From: a virus
Lineage: Duplodnaviria; Heunggongvirae; Uroviricota; Caudoviricetes
DNA: 7,041 bases
IMG/VR virus record: IMGVR_UViG_2690316109_000023
Strand: one strand, 5' to 3'
How positions within the stretch are numbered: the first letter of the stretch is position 1; every line of letters begins with the position of its first letter. The notes beneath the pieces are model-generated. The model saw nothing but the letters and a program-made list of their open reading frames with translations. It searched no databases and was not told where the DNA came from. The position numbers and the translations under genes were made by a program. Shown here one piece after another: positions 1-6,876 of this stretch.

Positions 1-360
1 CGTAAAAAATACCGCAAAAACGCGGTCTGGGTGGTTAACTCCACGACGGCGGCAAAACTTCAGAAGGTGAAGAACGCGAACGGTGATTACATCTGGCGCG
101 ACCGTTTACAGGCGGGTGATCCTGATACGTTGCTGGGCCTTCCGGTCGAATATCTGGAGTTTATGCCTGATAACGTTATTGCCCTGGGTGACTTCAAACG
201 CGGTTACTACATTGTTGATCACGAAACAGGTGTTCGCACCAGACCGGACAACCTCACAGAGCCGGGCTTCATCAAAATTTTCACGCAGAAATATTTAGGC
301 GGTGGCGTGGTGGATTCGAACGCGATCAAGATTCTGGAACTGCCACAGGACGACGATTAA
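1..360 (+). CDS. Major capsid protein, HK97 family (C-terminal part; 5' end is outside the window)
   Basis: Frame 1 is open from base 1 to TAA at 358-360. The translation contains LLGLPVEYLEFMP and GDFKRGYYIVDHE, which resemble the conserved C-terminal motifs of HK97-fold capsid proteins as I remember them (LLG.PV...MP and GDF.RGY.IVDR). Sits in a head-gene cluster. Confidence 0.8.
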   Translation, partial: RKKYRKNAVWVVNSTTAAKLQKVKNANGDYIWRDRLQAGDPDTLLGLPVEYLEFMPDNVIALGDFKRGYYIVDHETGVRTRPDNLTEPGFIKIFTQKYLGGGVVDSNAIKILELPQDDD

Positions 361-370
361 CAGCATACAG

Positions 371-399
371 AAGGGGCTTAAAAGCCCCTTTAGTGTTTT
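371..399 (+). terminator. Candidate rho-independent terminator / attenuator after the capsid gene
   Basis: Inverted repeat AAGGGGCT (371-378) / AGCCCCTT (383-390) with loop TTAA, followed by the T-rich TTTAGTGTTTTA. The U-tract is interrupted, so termination is probably partial. Confidence 0.4.
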
Positions 400-414
400 A
401 TGGGTGAAAAAATT

Positions 415-972
415 ATGAAGAGTATGGAAATCCGGTCATCGGAAATCACTACCAGCGGAGCCGGTACGCTGACGGGCTACGTTGTTCGCTGGGATAAGCT
501 TTCAGAACTGCTATGGGGGGAGTTTTACGAAAAATTCCAGCGGGGGGCGTTTACTGAGTGGCTTGCGGCGGGTAATGACGTTCGCGGCCTGTATGAGCAT
601 GACCACAGCATGTTACTGGGGCGCACCCGTTCCGGCACGCTGAAACTGGAAGAGGACGAAACAGGGTTACGCTTTGAACTGACCCCACCGGATACCAGTA
701 CAGGGCGCGACGTTATCGAACTGGTTAAACGAGGTGATATATCCGGCATGAGCTTTGGCTTTCGTTCCCGTAAGGATGTATGGGATACCACAACAGATCC
801 ATGCGTGCGCACCGTGCTGGTGGCGGAACTATACGAAATTACCGTTACATCCGTACCGGCTTACCCTGATTCCGGCGTGGAGCTGGCCCGCCGCTCCCTG
901 TACGAGCAGCACCCCGAAAAAATGCCGCGTGCGGATAATCGCCGCTGGTGGGCGGATTTAGCGGGGGTGTGA
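415..972 (+). CDS. Prohead maturation protease, HK97 family (peptidase S78/U35)
   Basis: The translation contains HDHSMLLGRTRSGTL and KRGDISGMSFGF, typical of HK97 prohead proteases. Start is ambiguous: ATG at 400 has no RBS, ATG at 415 has GGTGA 7 nt upstream, ATG at 424 is also in frame. Stop TGA 970-972 lies 1 nt before the portal ATG. Confidence 0.85.
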   Translation: MKSMEIRSSEITTSGAGTLTGYVVRWDKLSELLWGEFYEKFQRGAFTEWLAAGNDVRGLYEHDHSMLLGRTRSGTLKLEEDETGLRFELTPPDTSTGRDVIELVKRGDISGMSFGFRSRKDVWDTTTDPCVRTVLVAELYEITVTSVPAYPDSGVELARRSLYEQHPEKMPRADNRRWWADLAGV

Positions 973-973
973 T

Positions 974-2185
974 ATGTGGCCTTTCAGAAGAAAAAAAGAG
1001 CAGCGCAGCATGACGCTTGATGAGTTTATGGCGCTGGCTGGCACATCGAACACGGGGGCGGGTGAGTACGTATCATCGGGGACAGCGGAATCACTGCCCG
1101 CCGTCATGAACGCCGTCACGGTCATCTCTGAGGCGGTGGCTACCATGCCGTGTTACCTGTACCTGGTACGCAATGAGAAGGGGAAGGAGGCCCGAGAGTG
1201 GCTTGATTCTCATCCGGTCGATCACATCCTCAACGAGCGCCCGAACGCATGGCAGACCCCCTACCAGTTTAAGCGAATGATGATCCGCCACTGCCTGTTA
1301 AACGGTAATGCTTATGCGGTGATTCAGTGGGGGCGTGATGGTTTTCCGGTGGCTTTGCATCCTTACCCGCCGCAGTCGGTGAACGTGGAGCAGACAGGTG
1401 AGCATAACTGGCGCTACTGCATCACTGACGCCTACACCGGAAACACCCGCAACTATTTACCGTGGGAGGTTCTCCACCTTCGTTACTCCACGGATGACGG
1501 TTTTATGGGGCGCTCACCTGTAACCATCTGCCGCGAATCGCTGGGGCTTGGGCTGGCCCAACAACGCCACGGCGCGAGCGTGATGCGTGATGGCATGATG
1601 GCGGCAGGGGTTATCACGTCAGGCGAATGGCTGGACGGCGTGAAGGGCAAACAGGCATTAGCCGCACTGGAACGCTACAAAGGGGCCAGAAACGCCGGAA
1701 AAACGCCCATCCTTGAAGGGGGTATGAGCTATCAGCAGCTGGGCATGAGTAATCAGGATGCTGAATGGCTGGCCTCCCGTCGCTTCACCATTGAAGACAT
1801 CGCCCGAATGTTCAACGTCTCGCCGATTTTTTTGCAGGAATACAGCAACAGCACCTACAGCAATTTCAGCGAGGCAAGCCGCGCATTTCTCACCATGACG
1901 ATGCGCCCGTGGCTGGCGAACTTTGAGCAGCAGATAAAAAACGCCCTGCTGGTGGCCTCACCTGTACCTGGTATCCGGTATCAGGTGGAGTTTGACAGCG
2001 CGGACCTGTTACGGGCCACACCTGGCGAACGCTTTGCCACCTATGAACGCGGCATCAAATCCGGCGTTATGTGCCCGAACGAAGCCCGCGAACGTGAAGG
2101 GCTGTCCCCGCGTGATGGTGGTGATGAGTTCAGCCAGGCATGGAAACAGGAAGTAAAAATCAGCGAGGGAGAAAAACCGGAATGA
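974..2185 (+). CDS. Portal protein, HK97 family
   Basis: 403-aa ORF of portal-like size and composition, placed between protease and head-tail adaptor. GGGGG RBS upstream. Stop overlaps the next start (ATGA at 2182-2185). Confidence 0.88.
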   Translation: MWPFRRKKEQRSMTLDEFMALAGTSNTGAGEYVSSGTAESLPAVMNAVTVISEAVATMPCYLYLVRNEKGKEAREWLDSHPVDHILNERPNAWQTPYQFKRMMIRHCLLNGNAYAVIQWGRDGFPVALHPYPPQSVNVEQTGEHNWRYCITDAYTGNTRNYLPWEVLHLRYSTDDGFMGRSPVTICRESLGLGLAQQRHGASVMRDGMMAAGVITSGEWLDGVKGKQALAALERYKGARNAGKTPILEGGMSYQQLGMSNQDAEWLASRRFTIEDIARMFNVSPIFLQEYSNSTYSNFSEASRAFLTMTMRPWLANFEQQIKNALLVASPVPGIRYQVEFDSADLLRATPGERFATYERGIKSGVMCPNEAREREGLSPRDGGDEFSQAWKQEVKISEGEKPE

Positions 2186-2520
2186 ACATAGGGCGACTGC
2201 GTGACAGGGTAACGATTCAGACCCTGAAACAGACCAGGGATATAACCGGCGAAATACTCGAAACGTGGGAGGACGGTCACACACTCTGGGCAAGCGTGAA
2301 CATGATCAGCAGCAAGGAGGCCATTTCATCGGGTGCAGAGCTGGCGATTGGTACCGTAAGGATCTGGATACGGTACCGGAAGGACATCAACGCCACCAGC
2401 CGGATAAAGGTCAGTACGGGGCCGCTGGCGGGGCGTGTACTGAATATCATCGGGCAGCCGCTGCCGGATGCCGCCAGGACACGCCTTGAAATTCTTTGTC
2501 GTGAGGGCGCGGAAAAATGA
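2182..2520 (+). CDS. Head-tail adaptor / head closure protein (Phage_H_T_join-like)
   Basis: N-terminus MNIGRLRDRVTIQ matches the G.LR.RVTIQ signature of head-tail adaptors. GAGGGA RBS 11 nt upstream. ATG 2182 overlaps the portal stop. An in-frame ATG at 2140 is a less likely start because it lies inside the portal gene. Confidence 0.8.
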   Translation: MNIGRLRDRVTIQTLKQTRDITGEILETWEDGHTLWASVNMISSKEAISSGAELAIGTVRIWIRYRKDINATSRIKVSTGPLAGRVLNIIGQPLPDAARTRLEILCREGAEK

Positions 2521-2837
2521 CAGAAGAACTTATCACCCATATAACCGGCGAAATACTCGAAACGTGGGTGGACGGTCACACACTCTGGGCAAGCGTGAAC
2601 ATGATCAGCAGCAAGGAGGCCATTTCATCGGGTGCAGAACTGGCGACTGGAACGGTAAGGATATGGATACGCTACAGGAAGGACATCAACGCCACCAGCC
2701 GGATAAAGGTCAATACGGGGCCGCTGGCGGGGCGTGTACTGAATATCATCGGGCAGCCGCTGCCGGATGCCGCCAGGACACGCCTTGAAATTCTTTGTCG
2801 TGAGGGCGCGGAAAAATGACAGAAGAACTTATCACCC
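2240..2837 (+). repeat. Tandem direct duplication of a 299-bp unit (copy 1 2240-2538, copy 2 2539-2837), 290/299 identical
   Basis: Base-by-base alignment of the two copies gives 9 mismatches (copy 1 positions 2270, 2340, 2348, 2352, 2355, 2364, 2373, 2377, 2414). The unit runs from codon ~20 of the adaptor gene to codon 7 of the connector gene. Confidence 0.92.
2517..2819 (+). CDS. Chimeric duplicate ORF: first 7 codons of the gp6-like connector (MTEELIT) fused in frame to adaptor residues ~21-112; possibly a pseudogene or accessory paralog
   Basis: Created by the 299-bp tandem duplication. ATG 2517 overlaps the adaptor stop (ATGA) and its own stop overlaps the connector ATG at 2816. Differs from the parental adaptor by 3 amino acids (E to V, I to T, S to N). 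Confidence 0.5.
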   Translation: MTEELITHITGEILETWVDGHTLWASVNMISSKEAISSGAELATGTVRIWIRYRKDINATSRIKVNTGPLAGRVLNIIGQPLPDAARTRLEILCREGAEK

Positions 2838-3112
2838 TGGAAGAAGTGAAACTCCATTGCCGCATCGATGGCGACGAGGAAGACCAGTTAATCAGCGGAT
2901 ACATTGCCGCATCGCTTGAGGCGTGCCAGATACACATAGGCAGGCGCTTTGATGACGGGCTGGAGTTCACGCCAGCCATAAAGATTGGCTGCATGATGTT
3001 TATCGCTCACCTGTATGAAAATCGCCAGATTGTCGCGGATAACGCAAAAACACGCGTACCCATGACGATTGGTGCACTCTGGACGGCTTACCGTGATGTG
3101 GGGGTGTACTGA
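2816..3112 (+). CDS. gp6-like head-tail connector protein
   Basis: N-terminus MTEELITLEEVKLHCRIDGDEEDQLISGYIAA resembles the gp6-like head-tail connector family. Stop TGA 3110-3112 overlaps the HNH ATG at 3112. Confidence 0.8.
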   Translation: MTEELITLEEVKLHCRIDGDEEDQLISGYIAASLEACQIHIGRRFDDGLEFTPAIKIGCMMFIAHLYENRQIVADNAKTRVPMTIGALWTAYRDVGVY

Positions 3113-3552
3113 TGCCGTGGCAACCATTAAGACGATGCACAGAACCAGGCTGTAACAGGCGCGTGAAGTCCGGCAAGTGTGAGGAGCACAGGCGGGCGGC
3201 ATGGCGTGCAGAGGATGCCAGACGAGGACACCGCCGCGCGCGTGGGTACTCCAGACAGTGGGAAAAATACCGCGCCATGTATCTGAGTAAAAACCCGTTA
3301 TGCGTGCGATGCCTTGAGAAGGGGATATATACGCCCGCCGTGGTGGTGGATCACATTATCCCGATTAATGGCGGTGATGATGTTCTCTTCTGGCCCGAAT
3401 GGAACCATCAGCCATTGTGCCAGGCGTGTCATAACCAGAAAACGAAGTGGCTTGATCCGGCAACAAAAAGCAAGCGTGCCGCTGGCGGATTCCGTGAGGA
3501 GGAAGAACGGGCCGCTAACCGCAATAACTGGATGTATGACGCTGATGAATGA
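3112..3552 (+). CDS. HNH endonuclease (terminase-associated)
   Basis: Cysteine pairs CTEPGC and CVRC, plus VVDHIIP and NHQPLCQACHNQKT, form an HNH/zinc-finger motif set. Located immediately upstream of terS/terL as in HNH-cos packaging systems. Confidence 0.88.
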   Translation: MPWQPLRRCTEPGCNRRVKSGKCEEHRRAAWRAEDARRGHRRARGYSRQWEKYRAMYLSKNPLCVRCLEKGIYTPAVVVDHIIPINGGDDVLFWPEWNHQPLCQACHNQKTKWLDPATKSKRAAGGFREEEERAANRNNWMYDADE

Positions 3553-3718
3553 GCGGGAACAAAACCGCCTTATCCGTGGACTTATAAGGCAGCGTGACGC
3601 ATGGAAGACACAGGAAACAGGGCATAAAGATAAAGCGTCAGGACGCGCAGAACGCATCACAGCGAAGCGATTAACCGACCGTGACCGCGAGGTTATGGAA
3701 TGTTTCCGCAATCGCTGA
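3545..3718 (+). CDS. Hypothetical small basic protein (57 aa)
   Basis: ORF MNEREQNRLIRGLIRQRDAWK... starts at an ATG overlapping the HNH stop (ATGAATGA), suggesting translational coupling. An in-frame ATG at 3536 is an alternative start. No recognisable domain. Confidence 0.35.
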   Translation: MNEREQNRLIRGLIRQRDAWKTQETGHKDKASGRAERITAKRLTDRDREVMECFRNR

Positions 3719-3842
3719 TGAGGCTGTATGACGGGGTGGGGGGGCGTTTTCAGGACAAACCCGACCCCGCCGGGCACCGAACGCCTCCTCAAATTTTTAT
3801 GCACGGGAATTTTTTGAAAAATAATCTGGCGAAAAAATAAGC
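3719..3842. other. Intergenic region between the HNH-side genes and terS; candidate cos/packaging site
   Basis: G-rich ACGGGGTGGGGGGG (3731-3744) and C-rich CCCGACCCCGCC (3760-3771) form an imperfect inverted repeat (CGGGGTGGGG vs reverse complement CGGGGTCGGG) around an 18-bp spacer, followed by AT-rich DNA. Its position matches where cos lies in HK97-type HNH-dependent systems. Confidence 0.25.
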
Positions 3843-4199
3843 ATGGCAAGACCACCGAAAGCCCCCGCCTACCTGGATGATATCGCCGTGAAGCAGTGGC
3901 GGGAAAAATCGCGGCAGCTTGCGGAACGGGGAGACCTTACCCCCGCCGACTGGAGTAATCTGGAACTGTATTGCGTCAATTACTCGATATACCGGAAAGC
4001 CGTCGCAGACCTTGCGGCACGCGGGTTCAGCATTGTTAACAGTCAGGGCGGCGAGAGCAGAAACCCCGCATTAAGCGCAAAATCCGACGCTGAAAGAGTG
4101 ATGATAAAAATGGCCTCCTTGCTCGGTTTTGACCCGGTAAGCCGCCGTAAAAATCCACCGGAAACAGAAGAAGAGGACGAGCTTGACCGCCTGGAATAA
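3843..4199 (+). CDS. Terminase small subunit (P27 family-like)
   Basis: 118-aa ORF starting MARPPKAPAYLD with an acidic C-terminal tail (ETEEEDELDRLE), immediately upstream of and overlapping the large terminase. Confidence 0.8.
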   Translation: MARPPKAPAYLDDIAVKQWREKSRQLAERGDLTPADWSNLELYCVNYSIYRKAVADLAARGFSIVNSQGGESRNPALSAKSDAERVMIKMASLLGFDPVSRRKNPPETEEEDELDRLE

Positions 4200-5844
4200 G
4201 TACGCAGAAGACGTAAAAACGGGCAAAATTCCGGCCTGTAAACGGTTAAAACAGGCTGTTAAACGGTACTTTTCGGACCTTAAAAGCCCCCTTTACACGT
4301 TCGATCGTGAGGTTGTGGAGCGGTTTATTGCCTTTTCCAGGGTGTGCCCGCACGTAAAAGGGCCGATGCGTGGCAGACCCATTGAGCTGGAGCCGTGGCA
4401 GCAGTTCGCCTTTGCGTGCATCCTCGGCTTTAAGGTTAAGGCCACCGGACGGCGCAAATACACGAGCGCCTTTATCGAAGTGCCGCGCAAAAATGCGAAA
4501 TCCACGACCGCCGCGATTCTGGCTGACTGGTTTCTGATTATGGAGAACGGTCAGCAGGATATTTACACCGCAGCGGTGAGCCGTGACCAGGCGCGGATCG
4601 TCTTTGATGATGCGCGTCAGATGTGCCTTTTATCCCGACCGTTACGCAGGCGGGTGAATATTCAGGCGCATAAGGTGATACACCCGAAAAGCAACAGCCT
4701 GTTAAAGCCGCTGGCAGCAAAAGCGGCAACCATCGAGGGAACAAACCCCAGCCTTTCCATCGTGGACGAATACCACTTGCACCCCGATAACGGCGTTTAT
4801 TCCGCGCTTGAGCTGGGGATGGGCGCACGTCCCGAAGGGCTGTTATTTGCCATTACCACATCAGGCAGCAACGTCGTTTCAGCCTGTAAGCAGCACTATG
4901 ATTATTGCTGCCAGATCCTGGACGGCGAAGAGGTTAACGATTCAATTTTTGTACTGATTTACGAACTGGACGACGAAAACGAGGTTGATGATCCGGCGAT
5001 GTGGATAAAGGCGAACCCTAATATTGATGTTTCCGTGGATCGTGAAAAACTGGCCTCAACCATCCAGAAAGCGCGGGGTATTCCGTCGCAGTGGGTGGAG
5101 ATGATGACAAAGCGATTTAATATCTGGTGTCAGGGGACTACCCCGTGGATGGGTAACGGCGCATGGGCTGAGTGTGCCGGAACGTTCACGGAGGAAGATT
5201 TACACGGCCAGGAGTGTTACGCGGGGCTGGATTTATCATCCACAAGCGATATTTCCAGCGTGTGCTATGCCTTTCCGGTCGGTAAAACCATTATGCTGGT
5301 TTCCCGTCATTATCTGCCGGAGTTCCAGCTACAGAACCCCGCCAATAAAAACCGCGCTGTCTATCGTCAGTGGGCTAAAGCAGGCTGGATACGCACAACG
5401 CCAGGTGACTGCATTGATTACGACCGGATCAGAGATGACATCATGCAGGACGCGGAGAAATTTAATATCAGGCTGGTGGGCTTTGATACGTGGAACGCCA
5501 CGCATCTCAGGACGCAATTACAGGGGGCTGGTTTTGAGGTGGAGCCGTTCCCGCAAACCTACCTCAGATTCAGTCCGGCGGCGAAATCGTTCGAAGTTTT
5601 TGTTAACCGCAGGGTGATTGTGCATCGTGGCGATCCGGTGTTGTCCTGGTCGATGAGTAACGTCGTGATGCAGAGTGACGCGAACGCCAATATCAAGCCG
5701 AACAAGAAAAAATCACCGAACAAGATAGACCCGAGCGTGGCGGCGCTGATGGCGTTTGGTACATTCCAGGCAGAGCATGAGGATTTTGCTTTTGATATAA
5801 GCGACAGCCACCGCCAGAAACTGGAAGAATTTAGCGGGGTGTAA
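4183..5844 (+). CDS. Terminase large subunit (HK97-type)
   Basis: 553-aa ORF of TerL size placed directly after terS. The first in-frame start is TTG at 4183, overlapping the terS 3' end by 17 nt; the next in-frame Met is ~60 codons downstream, so the TTG start is the likely one. Confidence 0.88.
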   Translation: MTAWNKYAEDVKTGKIPACKRLKQAVKRYFSDLKSPLYTFDREVVERFIAFSRVCPHVKGPMRGRPIELEPWQQFAFACILGFKVKATGRRKYTSAFIEVPRKNAKSTTAAILADWFLIMENGQQDIYTAAVSRDQARIVFDDARQMCLLSRPLRRRVNIQAHKVIHPKSNSLLKPLAAKAATIEGTNPSLSIVDEYHLHPDNGVYSALELGMGARPEGLLFAITTSGSNVVSACKQHYDYCCQILDGEEVNDSIFVLIYELDDENEVDDPAMWIKANPNIDVSVDREKLASTIQKARGIPSQWVEMMTKRFNIWCQGTTPWMGNGAWAECAGTFTEEDLHGQECYAGLDLSSTSDISSVCYAFPVGKTIMLVSRHYLPEFQLQNPANKNRAVYRQWAKAGWIRTTPGDCIDYDRIRDDIMQDAEKFNIRLVGFDTWNATHLRTQLQGAGFEVEPFPQTYLRFSPAAKSFEVFVNRRVIVHRGDPVLSWSMSNVVMQSDANANIKPNKKKSPNKIDPSVAALMAFGTFQAEHEDFAFDISDSHRQKLEEFSGV

Positions 5845-5857
5845 TGAGGTCAGCAGC

Positions 5858-6139
5858 ATGACAGAAGCCGAAATAACGGGATTAATCCGCCGCGTTGCCG
5901 GAATCAGCCAGCAGGCTGACGAACAGGCCACGCAGCCGGACAGCGTGACAGCCGAAAACTATGCGCGTGTTGTTGCTGAGGTGATGCGCCGTGATGGTAT
6001 AGAACTTAATGGCGTGGATATGCGCAACATACGAACCAGAGTTCTTGAGTTGCTGGCCTACCGTCGCCGCGTGGAGATGTATCGGGAGAAGGAGAAAATA
6101 ACGTACCACTGGAAGAAGCCGGAGCGGTTGCGGCGGTAA
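5858..6139 (+). CDS. Hypothetical protein (93 aa), last gene of the module
   Basis: ATG 5858 with GAGG 8 nt upstream, 13 nt after the terL stop. Charged, arginine-rich C-terminus. No recognisable domain. Confidence 0.5.
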   Translation: MTEAEITGLIRRVAGISQQADEQATQPDSVTAENYARVVAEVMRRDGIELNGVDMRNIRTRVLELLAYRRRVEMYREKEKITYHWKKPERLRR

Positions 6140-6289
6140 CTGGTTGATATTCCCGACGGACCAAAAATGGGTGGCTACATCCCTCGCTTCTGAGGACTGT
6201 TAACAAGCTGCCTGAAAGACAGTCACAAACTACGAAATTTTCGCAGTTTAATTAATGATCAGCTTAATCGCTAACCCGCAGATATTTTC

Positions 6290-6700
6290 GGAAACCTCAA
6301 TTTGAGGAAGTCGGCGCGGTAACTCGCTGAACTTTAAGCAAAGCGCAAAATTGCGCTTGCTGAATAATCATTATGATTACGCAGATGATTAAGGAATGAC
6401 CGAAGGCGGAAATTCGCCTGTGGTTAATGGGGGAGTTGCAGATCTGCAACTCGACCATGAAACTACGGAAACTACCCGTAGTTTGGGTAGTAAGAGTAAC
6501 ACCCAGATTTTGGGTCTTACTCGTGATACCCAAATTTGGGGTATCAGTGGCAACCATAACGACTTTCGTTACGGTTGATGCTTTTACCCCATTGGGGGAA
6601 AGGTATTACGATAATCATAACACCTACCGAACAGGTAAAGCCCACCAGCCTGATTAACGTTTAACCGGAAAAAAATTCCGGTAGGTGGGGATCCCCATAT
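6290..6700. other. Hairpin/palindrome-dense non-coding region
   Basis: At least ten dyad elements in ~400 bp: 6295-6307, 6341-6358, 6405-6418, 6433-6452 (perfect 20-mer), 6463-6491, 6494-6522, 6525-6545, 6551-6577, 6587-6597, 6664-6682, 6686-6697 (perfect 12-mer). ORFs in this region are rich in rare codons and lack RBSs. Confidence 0.6.
6433..6452. promoter_or_regulatory. Perfect 20-bp palindrome GAGTTGCAGATCTGCAACTC; candidate dimeric-protein binding site
   Basis: Exact reverse-complement symmetry over 20 bp, verified base by base. Confidence 0.4.
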
Positions 6701-6808
6701 CGACATTAACGCCCCTCATGAATTGGTGCGCTTCCCCCTGGAAAGATGATCCGCCTGTATATTTCTTGTGTCTATTTGTTCCACGTTGTTTCATACAGTG
6801 CACCGAAC

Positions 6809-6832
6809 GGTGTAGTCACTGGTGTAGTCATT
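6809..6832 (+). repeat. Tandem 12-bp direct repeat GGTGTAGTCACT / GGTGTAGTCATT; candidate recombinase arm-type or regulator binding sites
   Basis: 11/12 identical adjacent repeats about 75-95 bp inside the putative element end. Confidence 0.4.
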
Positions 6833-6876
6833 TTGCGATTTTTGGCACTTTTTGTGGTGCAAATTATTTAATTAAA

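Noticed and set aside
312-321. Reverse complement gives GTTCGAATCC, the classic tRNA T-loop motif
   Set aside because: The flanking bases do not form a T-stem or acceptor stem, and the site lies inside the capsid coding frame. Treated as a chance match.
525-812. Antisense and alternate-frame ORFs embedded in head and terminase genes (for example 525-812 minus, 958-1146 minus, 2009-2293 minus, 3298-3855 minus, 5174-5617 plus)
   Set aside because: Each lies wholly within a well-supported + strand gene, lacks an RBS, and has skewed composition typical of shadow ORFs.
2265-2788. Plus-strand ORFs 2265-2489 and 2468-2788 with near-identical C-termini
   Set aside because: They are the same alternate frame read through the two copies of the 299-bp duplication. 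They are artefacts of the repeat, not independent genes.
2816-5867. Connector gene and the ORF at 5858 both begin ATGACAGAAG (MTE.EIT)
   Set aside because: Only a 10-nt shared string. Similarity does not extend further, so no evidence of paralogy or a recombination site.
6362-6380. GAATAATCATTATGATTAC resembles a Fur box (11 of 13 matches to GATAATCATTATC)
   Set aside because: It is AT-rich palindromic DNA within a region full of dyads and there is no obvious downstream gene to regulate. Kept as a weak possibility only.
6297-6657. ORFs of 60-86 aa on both strands in the hairpin-rich region (6297-6557 minus, 6396-6578 plus, 6427-6657 plus)
   Set aside because: No Shine-Dalgarno sequences, heavy use of rare codons (CTA, CGG, AGA, ATA), and amino-acid runs that simply mirror the palindromes. 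The region is better explained as structured non-coding DNA.
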